Assembly (NCBI RefSeq): GCF_018336915.1
Contig: NZ_CP064923.1
Coordinates: 2,190,001 to 2,222,000 of the forward strand
Reading direction: 5' to 3'
DNA: 32,000 nucleotides
Source: Acaryochloris marina S15
Lineage (GTDB): Bacteria; Cyanobacteriota; Cyanobacteriia; Thermosynechococcales; Thermosynechococcaceae
Positions 8,829 to 17,242 of this stretch are shown in pieces. Numbering within the stretch: position 1 is the stretch's first letter; every line of letters begins with the position of its first letter. The position numbers were made by a program, and so were the translations under genes. Below the pieces are notes generated by a model. It ran no database searches. It was given only the letters and a program-made list of their open reading frames with translations, and had not been told where the DNA came from.

Positions 8829-10091
8829 TTAGCTTTGAGATTTGGGAGGGACTTTTGCTGTTTGCATCGCTTTAATTAATTCTGCCAGAGAGACTTTGAG
8901 CTGAATGCCAGAATCAAATGCGACCATGCGCTTATTTTGGCGCTTTAACGTCTCGAAGTGCAGGTGAGGGCCAGTGGAATTTCCGGTACTCCCCACTAAT
9001 CCAATGATGGTTCCTTGAGAAATCCATTGACCGGGCTGGACATAAATCTTGGATAGGTGAGCATAACGGGTCGCCAGTTGCCCATCTTGGTGTTGCAGTA
9101 GAATTGCTAAGCCATAGCCACCCATAAAACCTGTGGTTTGGACTTGACCAGGAAACGTCGCTAGAACAGGTGTGCCTGTTGGTGCTGCCAAGTCAGTGCC
9201 AGCATGGAAACTAGTTTGGCCTGAGATCGGGTGAGTCCGCCAACCAAAGGCTGAAGTGATGGAGGCGGGCATGGGCAACGGAAAGATCATCTGTTGCCGA
9301 TTTGGAACGAGCCACTTTAGGGGGTTGGGAGAGGAAGACAGCCGTTTAATCGAGGGAGAGGTTTTTGCTAAAGGACTCAAAGAGACCGGAGCACCTTTAA
9401 CCCAGGGAGTTGGGGCAGTCTTGGGGATATAGGACGGAGAATAGCCTGTCCACTTGGGGGCAGGCTGTTGTGGTGGTTGATAAGAATAGGTCGAATAGGT
9501 TGGAGCTGAAGCAACAGGAGTATATTGACGAATCGGGATTGTGGGTTTCTGGGCTGTTTGAATCGCAGGGCCACACAGGGTTGCTGCGAGGACTGGATCA
9601 ATGTTGAGGCTTGCTTTACAACCCGAAATGCTACCCGATAGAACGGTCTTATGCGAGGTCGGGGTCGATGTGGTCTCTACCGGCACCGGGGCATGGGTGA
9701 TGGAATAAGTGCTGGAATCTGTATTTGTGGGGGCGATGGCAGGACGGTCAGCTACCTGCGGCATGACTTGTGGTGATATGGCTGGAGCTGTTGGAGCAGC
9801 CTGGACAGGTGTTTCAGGTAAGGCAATGGGCTCAGGGATAGATGGTACAGGTGGTGCGACAGGCGCTGGTTCCCAAGCAGGTTCAGGTGGATCGATAAAT
9901 GTGTCGACGGGTGGTGCTGCAGGAGAGATGGGGGCTGTTTCTGTGATGGCCGGACTCTCAAGATCAATCGCTTGGGCTCGCTGATTTAGAGACAGAACTC
10001 CCAAGCCAAGGGGAAGGCTTAGCCAGCTACCCAGGCACAACAGAGATGTTGACCGAAGGTGAGTTCGGAGCGAGAGTGAGCGATGCATCAT
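8829..10091 (-). CDS. M23-family (LytM-type) peptidoglycan endopeptidase with Pro/Ala-rich N-terminal region
   Basis: C-terminal M23 motifs HAGTDLAAPTGTPV and GSTGNSTGPHLHFE. It has a signal-like N-terminus and a low-complexity P/A/T-rich region of about 200 aa. Confidence 0.85.
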   Translation of the reverse strand: MMHRSLSLRTHLRSTSLLCLGSWLSLPLGLGVLSLNQRAQAIDLESPAITETAPISPAAPPVDTFIDPPEPAWEPAPVAPPVPSIPEPIALPETPVQAAPTAPAISPQVMPQVADRPAIAPTNTDSSTYSITHAPVPVETTSTPTSHKTVLSGSISGCKASLNIDPVLAATLCGPAIQTAQKPTIPIRQYTPVASAPTYSTYSYQPPQQPAPKWTGYSPSYIPKTAPTPWVKGAPVSLSPLAKTSPSIKRLSSSPNPLKWLVPNRQQMIFPLPMPASITSAFGWRTHPISGQTSFHAGTDLAAPTGTPVLATFPGQVQTTGFMGGYGLAILLQHQDGQLATRYAHLSKIYVQPGQWISQGTIIGLVGSTGNSTGPHLHFETLKRQNKRMVAFDSGIQLKVSLAELIKAMQTAKVPPKSQS

Positions 10092-10168
10092 ACCAATTCG
10101 ATCCTTAGAGGTGATTCAGTTTTTTGTCGGTAATCAATGGAAAACACATCAGTAAAGCAAAGAGAGAC

Positions 10169-10185
10169 AAGGTTAAGTTAACCTT
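10169..10185. promoter_or_regulatory. 17-bp palindrome upstream of the M23 peptidase gene
   Basis: AAGGTTAA-g-TTAACCTT (8-bp perfect arms) lies about 80 bp upstream of the start codon at 10091. Function is unknown. Confidence 0.15.
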
Positions 10186-10306
10186 CAAGACTTAGCAAAG
10201 CATACCTACTAAGGAAGAATCAACCTAGCCACTTATTTCCTAATGGTAGATAAATTTTTAAGGAAACGACTTTCTTCCTTTTACTATACCTAGAGTATTG
10301 ATGCCT

Positions 10307-11002
10307 TCATAACCCTAGACGTTTTGCTAAATCTTGGCGGATGGGTTGACTGGCTTTGGGATAAATTTTAATTAGATCTAAATAATCTGGCAGTAATTTA
10401 TGGATGCCTTGGGTTTGCCAAAAAAGATAGCCATTTTCTAGACCTAATAAGGTGAGGGCGGTTAATTCTTCTAGGGAATGAATCGGAGATCTATTTTGTG
10501 CAGGTAACTGTTCAGCAATGGTTGCTAGGTTGATGGCTTGATCTGGGACTGGATTTTGCCAATTCAGGCCAATGCCGAGCACTGCTGTTTGAACCTGTTG
10601 ATCTTGAAGGCTGGTTTCGATTAGGATACCCCCAAACTTTTTCCCCAGCACTAGCAGGTCATTGGGCCACTTGAGCCACACTGGGATGTGATGCTGTCGC
10701 AGCAGGGTAGCCAGTCCCCAAATGGTGGCCACGGTGATTTGGACGGTTTGATCGGCGGGGATACGAGGTGCGATCGCAACCGACAGATACAGTCCCCCCA
10801 GAGAAGAGTCCCAAGTCCGTCCTCGCTGGCCCCGACCGGCTTGCTGCTGGGCTGCAACGATGGCCGTTCCAGGTGTTGCCCCCTGTTTAATCATTTCCCA
10901 GAGCTTTGTATTGGTGGAGTCAAGGATCTCAAAGTGATGGAGAGGCCGCCCCCAGGCTTGGGTCGTTAGATGAGTCTGAAAGGCTTGTTGGTCAAATCCC
11001 AC
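10307..11002 (-). CDS. birA: biotin--[acetyl-CoA-carboxylase] ligase (no N-terminal HTH domain)
   Basis: GRGQRGRTW (the GRGRxGRxW biotin/ATP loop), LYLSV, LKWPNDLLV..KKFGGILIE. GTG start. At 231 aa it is too short to carry a repressor domain. Confidence 0.8.
   Translation of the reverse strand: MGFDQQAFQTHLTTQAWGRPLHHFEILDSTNTKLWEMIKQGATPGTAIVAAQQQAGRGQRGRTWDSSLGGLYLSVAIAPRIPADQTVQITVATIWGLATLLRQHHIPVWLKWPNDLLVLGKKFGGILIETSLQDQQVQTAVLGIGLNWQNPVPDQAINLATIAEQLPAQNRSPIHSLEELTALTLLGLENGYLFWQTQGIHKLLPDYLDLIKIYPKASQPIRQDLAKRLGL
10770..10777. repeat. HIP1 octamer GCGATCGC
   Basis: Exact match, within birA. Confidence 0.95.
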
Positions 11003-11086
11003 AGTCCGGTGGCTAGGCCCGTTAAAACTGGAATAGGCGCGCTAGCATAGGTAAGCCTAGCATTGTTTAAGGTCTATTCTGCCCCC

Positions 11087-11902
11087 ATGCATACCTGGAA
11101 TTGGCGCACCTGTGAGGGTCGCTCTTACTTAACGTGTAGTTTGCTGGAGCCTTGGCCCCATGGCTTTTTCACCCGAGAATTTTGGCCTAGGCCCCCGGCT
11201 GAGTTGGCCCTGGTGCTGAAAGCAGATGCTCAAACCTTTCGTGTTAAACAGGTGCATGGCAATGCAATCTTAAACCCCACGGAAGTTCAAGCCTATTGGG
11301 ACCAGTTGCCGTCTCAGGCTGCTGAAACAGATGAAGCGGTATCAGAATTCCCTCCTGCGGATGGCCTGATCAGCCAGAATAAAAACCAGGCTGTTTGGGT
11401 TTGTACGGCCGACTGCACCCCCGTATTGATTGCGGATACTCGCTTGGGTCATGTTGCGGCTGTCCATGCCGGATGGCGGGGAACGGCTGCCAAGATTGTG
11501 CCCATGGCTCTGACTCGTCTGCAAGAACAGGGGAGTCAGCTCAAAGATATTCGAGTGGCAATGGGACCTGCGATCGCAGGTGAGATGTATCAAGTCGATA
11601 CGGAGGTTGCCGCTCAAGTCGGTAGTACCGTCGTCGACCCCCATCTTTCTGAGCAGTCTGCTGAAGTCATTGCTGAGCATCTTTTACAAGTTGAACACTC
11701 CCCGCTGATTGCCGATTCAGAGTCGGGACGAGTGCGATTAGATGTGCGGCGGGTGAATGCCATGCAGTTAGAGCAGATGGGGGTGCTGCCAGACCAGGTT
11801 GCGATCGCAACCCATTGCACCTATCAAGATCCCGATAAATTCTTTTCCTATCGGCGAGAACATCGGAAACAAGTTCAGTGGTCAGGTATCGTTAGTTGCT
11901 AG
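11087..11902 (+). CDS. pgeF: YfiH/PgeF (DUF152, laccase-domain) family protein
   Basis: PHGFFTR, KQVHGN, TADCTPVL and AVHAGWRGT motifs, with C-terminal FFSYRRE. The ATG at 11087 is preferred to the TTG at 11063. Confidence 0.85.
   Translation: MHTWNWRTCEGRSYLTCSLLEPWPHGFFTREFWPRPPAELALVLKADAQTFRVKQVHGNAILNPTEVQAYWDQLPSQAAETDEAVSEFPPADGLISQNKNQAVWVCTADCTPVLIADTRLGHVAAVHAGWRGTAAKIVPMALTRLQEQGSQLKDIRVAMGPAIAGEMYQVDTEVAAQVGSTVVDPHLSEQSAEVIAEHLLQVEHSPLIADSESGRVRLDVRRVNAMQLEQMGVLPDQVAIATHCTYQDPDKFFSYRREHRKQVQWSGIVSC
11570..11577. repeat. HIP1 octamer GCGATCGC
   Basis: Exact match, within pgeF. Confidence 0.95.
11801..11808. repeat. HIP1 octamer GCGATCGC
   Basis: Exact match, within pgeF. Confidence 0.95.
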
Positions 11903-12375
11903 CAGCAGAAGACCCAGCCTGGACCTATGTGCTTGGGCAATTGCAATCAGGATATGGTGTAGCCTCTGGACGAGCAGTGGACTCTCCTTATCCAGAGGGG
12001 ACGATTGCGCTACAAATGCCTCATTTCCAAAAATTAGGATTAGACCTATCCCCCTACTATCCTGGCACCCTGAATATCTCTATTGCTCCAGCTCAGTTTC
12101 AGATGATTCAGCCTCAATGGACGTTTCCTCTGGTGCATTGGTATCCAGCATCTTGTCCTGAAACATTTTCCTTTTCTCCCTGTCGAGTAAAGTATGGTGA
12201 CCATCGTGCTGCGGGACTGATTTATTATCCCCACCCTGAAACAAAACCGGATCATTTTCAGAATCCATCGATCATTGAAATATTAGCTCCCCTTATCCCC
12301 CGGATGGAGATGGGGGTTGCAGTTACCTTGGGGGTGCTGTCCCAGCAGGTTGAAATCTTTGAACCTGAACTGTGA
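11896..12375 (+). CDS. DUF120 / archaeal-type CTP-dependent riboflavin-kinase-like protein (tentative)
   Basis: By-eye alignment to archaeal RibK. GQLQSGYGVASG matches GEVVSGLGEG. LGLDLSPYYPGTLNISI matches LGFEPYEGTLNLKL. YYPHPETKPDHF..PSIIEILAPL matches VVPKKTYHSSEIIEIIAP. The TTG start at 11896 overlaps the pgeF stop, and GTG at 11929 is an alternative. Confidence 0.5.
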   Translation: MLAAEDPAWTYVLGQLQSGYGVASGRAVDSPYPEGTIALQMPHFQKLGLDLSPYYPGTLNISIAPAQFQMIQPQWTFPLVHWYPASCPETFSFSPCRVKYGDHRAAGLIYYPHPETKPDHFQNPSIIEILAPLIPRMEMGVAVTLGVLSQQVEIFEPEL

Positions 12376-13281
12376 ATGTTAGGGAGAGATGGAGCAGGAA
12401 GAAATTCAATGAAGATGCGACGTTCTTTTTGGACTGATCGTCCCCGCCATGTCAGCAAGCAAGAGTACAATCGCTATTCATTCATGGTGTTTGGAACGGT
12501 TGTCACTGGCGGGCTAGGGGCAATGTTTTTGATCGGTAGTGTGTTAGGGATTACGACCTGGCAAGCGGATAAGCTGGCTAAATTACCAGAAAAGTCGATT
12601 TCTGAAGCTCTGAATTATAGAGGTGATCCCACCCCACCTTTCAAAATCTCTGGTTTCCTATGGGCCTCAGATCCTATTGTCATGCCTGATGATCCTGAGC
12701 TGAAGGTACTGAAGGGAGAACTCCAGGTTTCAGCTGAGTTTAGTGGCTCGGAAGTGGTGGCCGATGAAGTGCTATATGAGTGGCAGGATCAGGTAGATTC
12801 AGTGGTGTTATCTGCAGATAACACCCTTCAAGCATCAACCCAAACAATTTTGGTCAATTCTGATTTAGCTCAGTTGCCAGTAGAAAGGGATTTTAACGCT
12901 CGCGCTCAATTGCAATATGATGGCCCTTCGCGGACTGCTCGCCCTATTGCTATTGAGTATCAAGATCAAACTTTTCCCTTGGCTGATCTGCCCGCGACTC
13001 GCTCTGTCAAACCTAGGGTATTGCGTCAGTATATCCCTAATGGAGCAAAGGTTACCCTGATTGCCAGTGTTGGAGCAGGGCCAGTAAGCCAACTGGTTGC
13101 CCCTCAGGGCCAGAAACTCCAAATTCTCCGAGGGAGTGAAGCAGAAATCCGTAAGACAGGAGCCTCACAACGCTTGATGTTTGGGTTAATTAGCTTTGTT
13201 TTACTAGGGAGTAGTTATTTTCTAGGAAACATGACTGCCCGTATACGACAAAGCTTTGTGGTTCGCTCGAATCAACCTTAG
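12376..13281 (+). CDS. hypothetical membrane protein (N- and C-terminal TM helices flanking a domain of about 200 aa)
   Basis: Its ATG directly abuts the upstream stop (TGAATG). The TM helices are FMVFGTVVTGGLGAMFLIGSVLGI and LMFGLISFVLLGSSYFLG. Alternative starts lie at 12409 and 12415. No family recognised. Confidence 0.6.
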   Translation: MLGRDGAGRNSMKMRRSFWTDRPRHVSKQEYNRYSFMVFGTVVTGGLGAMFLIGSVLGITTWQADKLAKLPEKSISEALNYRGDPTPPFKISGFLWASDPIVMPDDPELKVLKGELQVSAEFSGSEVVADEVLYEWQDQVDSVVLSADNTLQASTQTILVNSDLAQLPVERDFNARAQLQYDGPSRTARPIAIEYQDQTFPLADLPATRSVKPRVLRQYIPNGAKVTLIASVGAGPVSQLVAPQGQKLQILRGSEAEIRKTGASQRLMFGLISFVLLGSSYFLGNMTARIRQSFVVRSNQP

Positions 13282-13284
13282 GGG

Positions 13285-13509
13285 TTAAGAACTTAGAATT
13301 TCGAAGTTTTTAACTTCCAGGACTGGGCCAATCATCGCCACCGTCATAATGTCATCTCGAATATTACCCGTTACTTTCACTGCCAGCCCCTCTTGCTGTA
13401 ATTCGGTGGGGGGTTCAAAGAGCTCGTAGGTGGTCTCGCTGGCTGCTAGAGCCCATACCCCTAGACCAAAACTTTGAAAGGTGATGGTTCCTTGTGCTTC
13501 TATAGACAT
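13285..13509 (-). CDS. small (74-aa) hypothetical protein co-transcribed with the S8 peptidase
   Basis: It starts 7 nt after the S8 stop. The pattern G..W.L....YEL..P..L...G..V.V.G..RDD.M...M.G..L.V..FE recalls small DUF5818-type proteins, but this is unverified. Confidence 0.5.
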   Translation of the reverse strand: MSIEAQGTITFQSFGLGVWALAASETTYELFEPPTELQQEGLAVKVTGNIRDDIMTVAMIGPVLEVKNFEILSS

Positions 13510-13516
13510 GCTAATT

Positions 13517-15289
13517 TTATGCGGAACGAGTGGCGGATTTGGATGCTAGATAAACCAACGCTAAACAGAGCAAAGCATTGATGGCTAAAAATCCCTGGGC
13601 AACGGCTGTGCTGCCTAACCAGACGACTTGGGGGGCCATAAACGCACTGACGCCTAGACAGGCTGTCATTCCCACTGAACCGCCAAGGGCTAACCACTTG
13701 AGCTGAGGATGGCTCAGGAAGAGGACAATCAGTGCTAAAGCCATCAAAACATTAGCCGTTAAAGGGTTTAATGCATTAGTGCCCTGAATCGCACTGCCCA
13801 ATTCTGGCAAGGAGCTTCCCACAACGCGAAGGGGCCAATGGGGAAGATCCACGAGATGAAAACAGCGGAGGATAAATAAGCCAGTGCTGCCCAAAATTAG
13901 CCCTAACCCCATTGGCCAATTCCAAGGTAAGCGGAATAGGGAGGCGAGCACGGCAGCAACTGCTAGCATAAGCAGCTTATAGCCCCAGTTGACGGCTCTG
14001 GCGTCGAACCAGAAGCGTGGCCCTAAGAATAAGCCATTACGCAGCCATCCCATAAAGCCATTAAACCCAAAACTTTTTTGAGCGGCTAAGCTGACGGCCT
14101 TGCTAGCGTCTAATTTACCCGTACCAAAGTAGTTGGAGGCATCATCTTTGACAGCAGCTGCAGACTGCTTGAGGACTTGTTCGACTTGATCAGGATTTTG
14201 GACCCCAATGGATCGAATTAAGGCAGCGACACCAGCCACATGGGGGGCAGCCATGCTGGTTCCTTGGAAGGCGGCAAAGATGGAAGAGCCATCTCGGGGA
14301 TTGATGGTATTTTGCAGAATACCGCCCAAGCCATTATTGTCTCTGAGGGAGCCCCCAGGGGCTGAAATATCGACCCCGGCACCGTAATTGGAGTAAGGTG
14401 CTTTCTGGCCTTCAGCATCCAGGGCAGAGACGCCAATGACATGGGGATAACGGGCCGGAAATTCCACGGCACTTCTGGCCGCATTACCCGCAGCGGCCAC
14501 AATCACTACACCTTTTTTATGGGCATATTCAATGGCTTCTCGCATCAGTTCACTTTCACCCCCCCCGCCCAGGCTCATATTGATGACGTCGGCTCCGTTG
14601 TCAGCTGCAAAGCGAATGGATTCCGCAATATCCGCTACAGTGCCCGAACCACCCCGACTTAAAACTTTTAAGGGCATTAGCTGAGCTTCATAAGCGATAC
14701 CCGCGACGCCAAAGTTATTATTGGTGGATTGCGCGATGGTGCCTGCTACATGGGTGCCATGGCCATTATCATCGGTTGCATTGGCCCGATCGTTGACAAA
14801 GTCATAGCCAGGTACAAGGCGAGTCCGCTTTAAATCAGCAACGGGAGCGATACCTGTATCAATCACGGCAACGGTTGTGCCTCGCCCCCGACTAGCTTGC
14901 CAGGCTGCCTCCATGTTGATGCTTTTGAGGTTCCACTGCTGATCAAAATCTGGATCGTTGGGACTGAACGAAGTCTGGTAAGCATAGTTGGGTTCAACAA
15001 ATTCGGTAAATTCGCTAATACCAGATTTTTTAACCGCGTTGAGGAGCTGTTGATCTCCCTTGGCAATGAACACATGGTCATTTAAGGAGAACTGACTGTT
15101 ATAGGTCAATTTAGTTTGGAATTGCTCTGATAAAGAATTGACCTGCCTTTCAATCTCTGCCGTTGTGAGAGATTCTTTGAAGTCAAATACTAGGGAATCA
15201 TATTGTCCCTGAGCAGATAGCCCTTGGAAATTTGAGATCGCCCAACTGAAACCCGCTATAAACAGTAGCAGCAGCAGCCATTTTTTCAT
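13517..15289 (-). CDS. S8 (subtilisin-family) serine peptidase with polytopic C-terminal membrane domain
   Basis: Signal peptide MKKWLLLLLFIAGFSWA. The catalytic triad contexts are VAVIDTGI (Asp), HGTHVAGTIA (His) and GTSMAAPHVAG (Ser), with the oxyanion Asn in NMSLGG. The last ~170 aa hold about 5 hydrophobic helices. Confidence 0.9.
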   Translation of the reverse strand: MKKWLLLLLFIAGFSWAISNFQGLSAQGQYDSLVFDFKESLTTAEIERQVNSLSEQFQTKLTYNSQFSLNDHVFIAKGDQQLLNAVKKSGISEFTEFVEPNYAYQTSFSPNDPDFDQQWNLKSINMEAAWQASRGRGTTVAVIDTGIAPVADLKRTRLVPGYDFVNDRANATDDNGHGTHVAGTIAQSTNNNFGVAGIAYEAQLMPLKVLSRGGSGTVADIAESIRFAADNGADVINMSLGGGGESELMREAIEYAHKKGVVIVAAAGNAARSAVEFPARYPHVIGVSALDAEGQKAPYSNYGAGVDISAPGGSLRDNNGLGGILQNTINPRDGSSIFAAFQGTSMAAPHVAGVAALIRSIGVQNPDQVEQVLKQSAAAVKDDASNYFGTGKLDASKAVSLAAQKSFGFNGFMGWLRNGLFLGPRFWFDARAVNWGYKLLMLAVAAVLASLFRLPWNWPMGLGLILGSTGLFILRCFHLVDLPHWPLRVVGSSLPELGSAIQGTNALNPLTANVLMALALIVLFLSHPQLKWLALGGSVGMTACLGVSAFMAPQVVWLGSTAVAQGFLAINALLCLALVYLASKSATRSA

Positions 15290-15349
15290 GTCAAATCCTT
15301 AGCAAATGAGTTGCTTGTACAACGGTTCAGATGGTCTTACGTATTCCTT

Positions 15350-15363
15350 GTCTATCGATAGAC
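15350..15363. promoter_or_regulatory. 14-bp perfect palindrome upstream of the S8 peptidase gene
   Basis: GTCTATCGATAGAC lies about 60 bp upstream of the start at 15289. Function is unknown. Confidence 0.15.
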
Positions 15364-15475
15364 TGGATGGCCTGGTGCTAGTCAGCGGGATAACAATTGA
15401 GACTTCTGATTGAGAACGAAGTCAGATCAATAATCCGAAATTTCAGTTATTTCGAGTGGTTCTAGTTTTCCCATT

Positions 15476-16396
15476 TTAGTTCTTGCCTGTCTCATCGACC
15501 AGTTGTGGCTCTTGGCCAAGTTGTGATTGTAAGAACTCAGTGAACAACTGCACCTTGGCAGAAAGATGCTTGCTCACGGGATATAGGATATGAACTGCGA
15601 TCTCAGGACTTGCATAATTTGATAGAACCACTTGCAAGCGATCAGCTTTCAAATCTTCTCCCACCAGAAAGTGGGGTAAAAGTGCAATCCCCAACCCTTT
15701 GAGAGCTGCCTGTCGTAGCACTTCGCCATTATTCGAACAGACAGTCCCTTGGACTCGAATCGACTGGGTTTGATTTGGCCCCTTGAGTTCCCACTGATTG
15801 AGGGGGGCTGAGTAGCCATAGTGCAAGCAAGAATGGTTCTTGAGTTGATCGGGATTTCCAGGAATACCCTGTTGCTCAAGATAAGCGGGAGCAGCACATA
15901 GCACTCTGGGGGCAGGACAAAGGGTGTGAATGATTAAGCTACTAGTTGTTGGCTGTGCAGAAATGCGAATGCTAATGTCGAATCCTTCTTCGATCGGGTC
16001 AATAAATCGATCATTCAGGACTAATTCCACCTTTAAGTCTGGATGTTGAGTTAAGAAGTTAGGGAGAATTGGGGCCAAGTACTTTGTGCCAAAAGACATA
16101 GGGGCATTGACCCTTAGGGTTCCTTTGGGCTGGGTTTGGTATTGGGTAATGGCTTCTTCTGCCTCTGCCACTTCTGCCAGGATGGCTCGACAACGCTCAT
16201 AAAAAGCCAGACCAGTTTTTGTGGGTGTCACTTTGCGAGTGGTGCGCTGTAAGAGCTGGATCCCTAAACTGTCCTCTAGGTTAATCACCAGTTTATTGAC
16301 TTGCGATCGTGACAGTCCCATTTTTCGAGAAGCTGCTGCAAAGCCACTGGCATCGACCACTTGGGTGAAAGCATGCATACTGTCGAATTTATCCAT
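15476..16396 (-). CDS. LysR-family transcriptional regulator
   Basis: N-terminal wHTH: [59 protein letters not shown]. This is followed by a LysR substrate-binding domain. The ATG at 16396 is preferred to the TTG at 16429. Confidence 0.9.
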   Translation of the reverse strand: MDKFDSMHAFTQVVDASGFAAASRKMGLSRSQVNKLVINLEDSLGIQLLQRTTRKVTPTKTGLAFYERCRAILAEVAEAEEAITQYQTQPKGTLRVNAPMSFGTKYLAPILPNFLTQHPDLKVELVLNDRFIDPIEEGFDISIRISAQPTTSSLIIHTLCPAPRVLCAAPAYLEQQGIPGNPDQLKNHSCLHYGYSAPLNQWELKGPNQTQSIRVQGTVCSNNGEVLRQAALKGLGIALLPHFLVGEDLKADRLQVVLSNYASPEIAVHILYPVSKHLSAKVQLFTEFLQSQLGQEPQLVDETGKN

Positions 16397-16399
16397 ATT

Positions 16400-16422
16400 A
16401 TTGTCAACAAATAAGAGACAAT
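16400..16422. promoter_or_regulatory. LysR-type T-N11-A dyad (ATTGTC-N11-GACAAT)
   Basis: A perfect 6-bp inverted repeat with an 11-nt spacer lies in the 138-bp LysR/pirin divergent region. Further TTGTCA-like half-sites occur at 16423-16430 and 16441-16447. Confidence 0.45.
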
Positions 16423-16476
16423 CTGTCAATAAAATATCATATTGTCATTTTATTGAGGTTAGTTGATGATAGACAT

Positions 16477-16498
16477 ATCACCGACTGGAATCGGTGAT
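16477..16498 (+). promoter_or_regulatory. 8-bp inverted repeat in the pirin leader
   Basis: ATCACCGA-ctggaa-TCGGTGAT is a perfect repeat 37 nt upstream of the pirin ATG. It could be an operator or a 5'-UTR hairpin. Confidence 0.25.
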
Positions 16499-16534
16499 TT
16501 ACCCTTCACTTCTAAAAATGAGAGGTCGACTTCA

Positions 16535-17242
16535 ATGATCGATATTCGTCGAGGTCAAGAAAGAGGATCTGCAGACTTAGAGTGGCTCAAGAGCTATCAC
16601 ACTTTTTCCTTTGGCCAGTACTACGATCCTCGCCATATGAGCTTTGGACCCTTGCGAGTGATCAATGAAGATTTCATCCAGCCGGGGCAGGGGTTTGGAA
16701 CCCATAGCCACAAAAATATGGAAATTATTACCTATGTGTTAGAGGGAGCTCTAGAGCATAAAGATAGTCTGGGAAATGGCTCCATCGTTAAACCTGGAGA
16801 TGTTCAGAGAATGACAGCTGGCACAGGGATTCAACATAGTGAATATAATCCTTCCCTCTCTGAGCCGGTTCACCTATTGCAAATCTGGATAGTCCCTGAT
16901 GCTGAAGGTTTAGAGCCTGGATATGAACAAGTTCATTTATCTATAGATCAACAAAGAAATCACTTACACCTGTTGGGTTCTAGAAACAGTCAGCAGGGAG
17001 TGGTCACCATTCATCAAAAAGTGGATTTATATGGGGCCCAGCTCAGCCAGCAAGGATCGGTTGTCCATCCGTTGTCAGCGCACCGAATCGCTTGGCTGCA
17101 CGTTGCCAAAGGTGTAATTCAGCTTAATGAGAAGCATGATCTAATGGCGGGAGATGCTGCTGCCATTTCAGATCTCCATGAGATTAAAGTTCATGGACAG
17201 TCTGAAGACGCTGAAATCTTGTTATTCGACATGGTGGCCTAG
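16535..17242 (+). CDS. yhhW: pirin-family protein (YhhW-type, quercetin 2,3-dioxygenase-like cupin)
   Basis: Colinear with E. coli YhhW: RGSADLEWLKSYHTFSFGQYYDP, GQGFGTHSHKNMEIITYVLEGALEHKDS, GTGIQHSEYNPS, LLQIWI.P. The ATG at 16535 has GAGAGG upstream. Confidence 0.9.
   Translation: MIDIRRGQERGSADLEWLKSYHTFSFGQYYDPRHMSFGPLRVINEDFIQPGQGFGTHSHKNMEIITYVLEGALEHKDSLGNGSIVKPGDVQRMTAGTGIQHSEYNPSLSEPVHLLQIWIVPDAEGLEPGYEQVHLSIDQQRNHLHLLGSRNSQQGVVTIHQKVDLYGAQLSQQGSVVHPLSAHRIAWLHVAKGVIQLNEKHDLMAGDAAAISDLHEIKVHGQSEDAEILLFDMVA

Noticed and set aside
9709-9984. 91-aa Gly/Ala-rich ORF on the plus strand (with overlapping ORFs at 9377-9607 and 9752-9967)
   Set aside because: It is the antisense shadow of the Pro/Ala-rich low-complexity region of the M23 peptidase gene, where CCN/GCN codons read as GGN/NGC on the other strand. 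There is no independent support.
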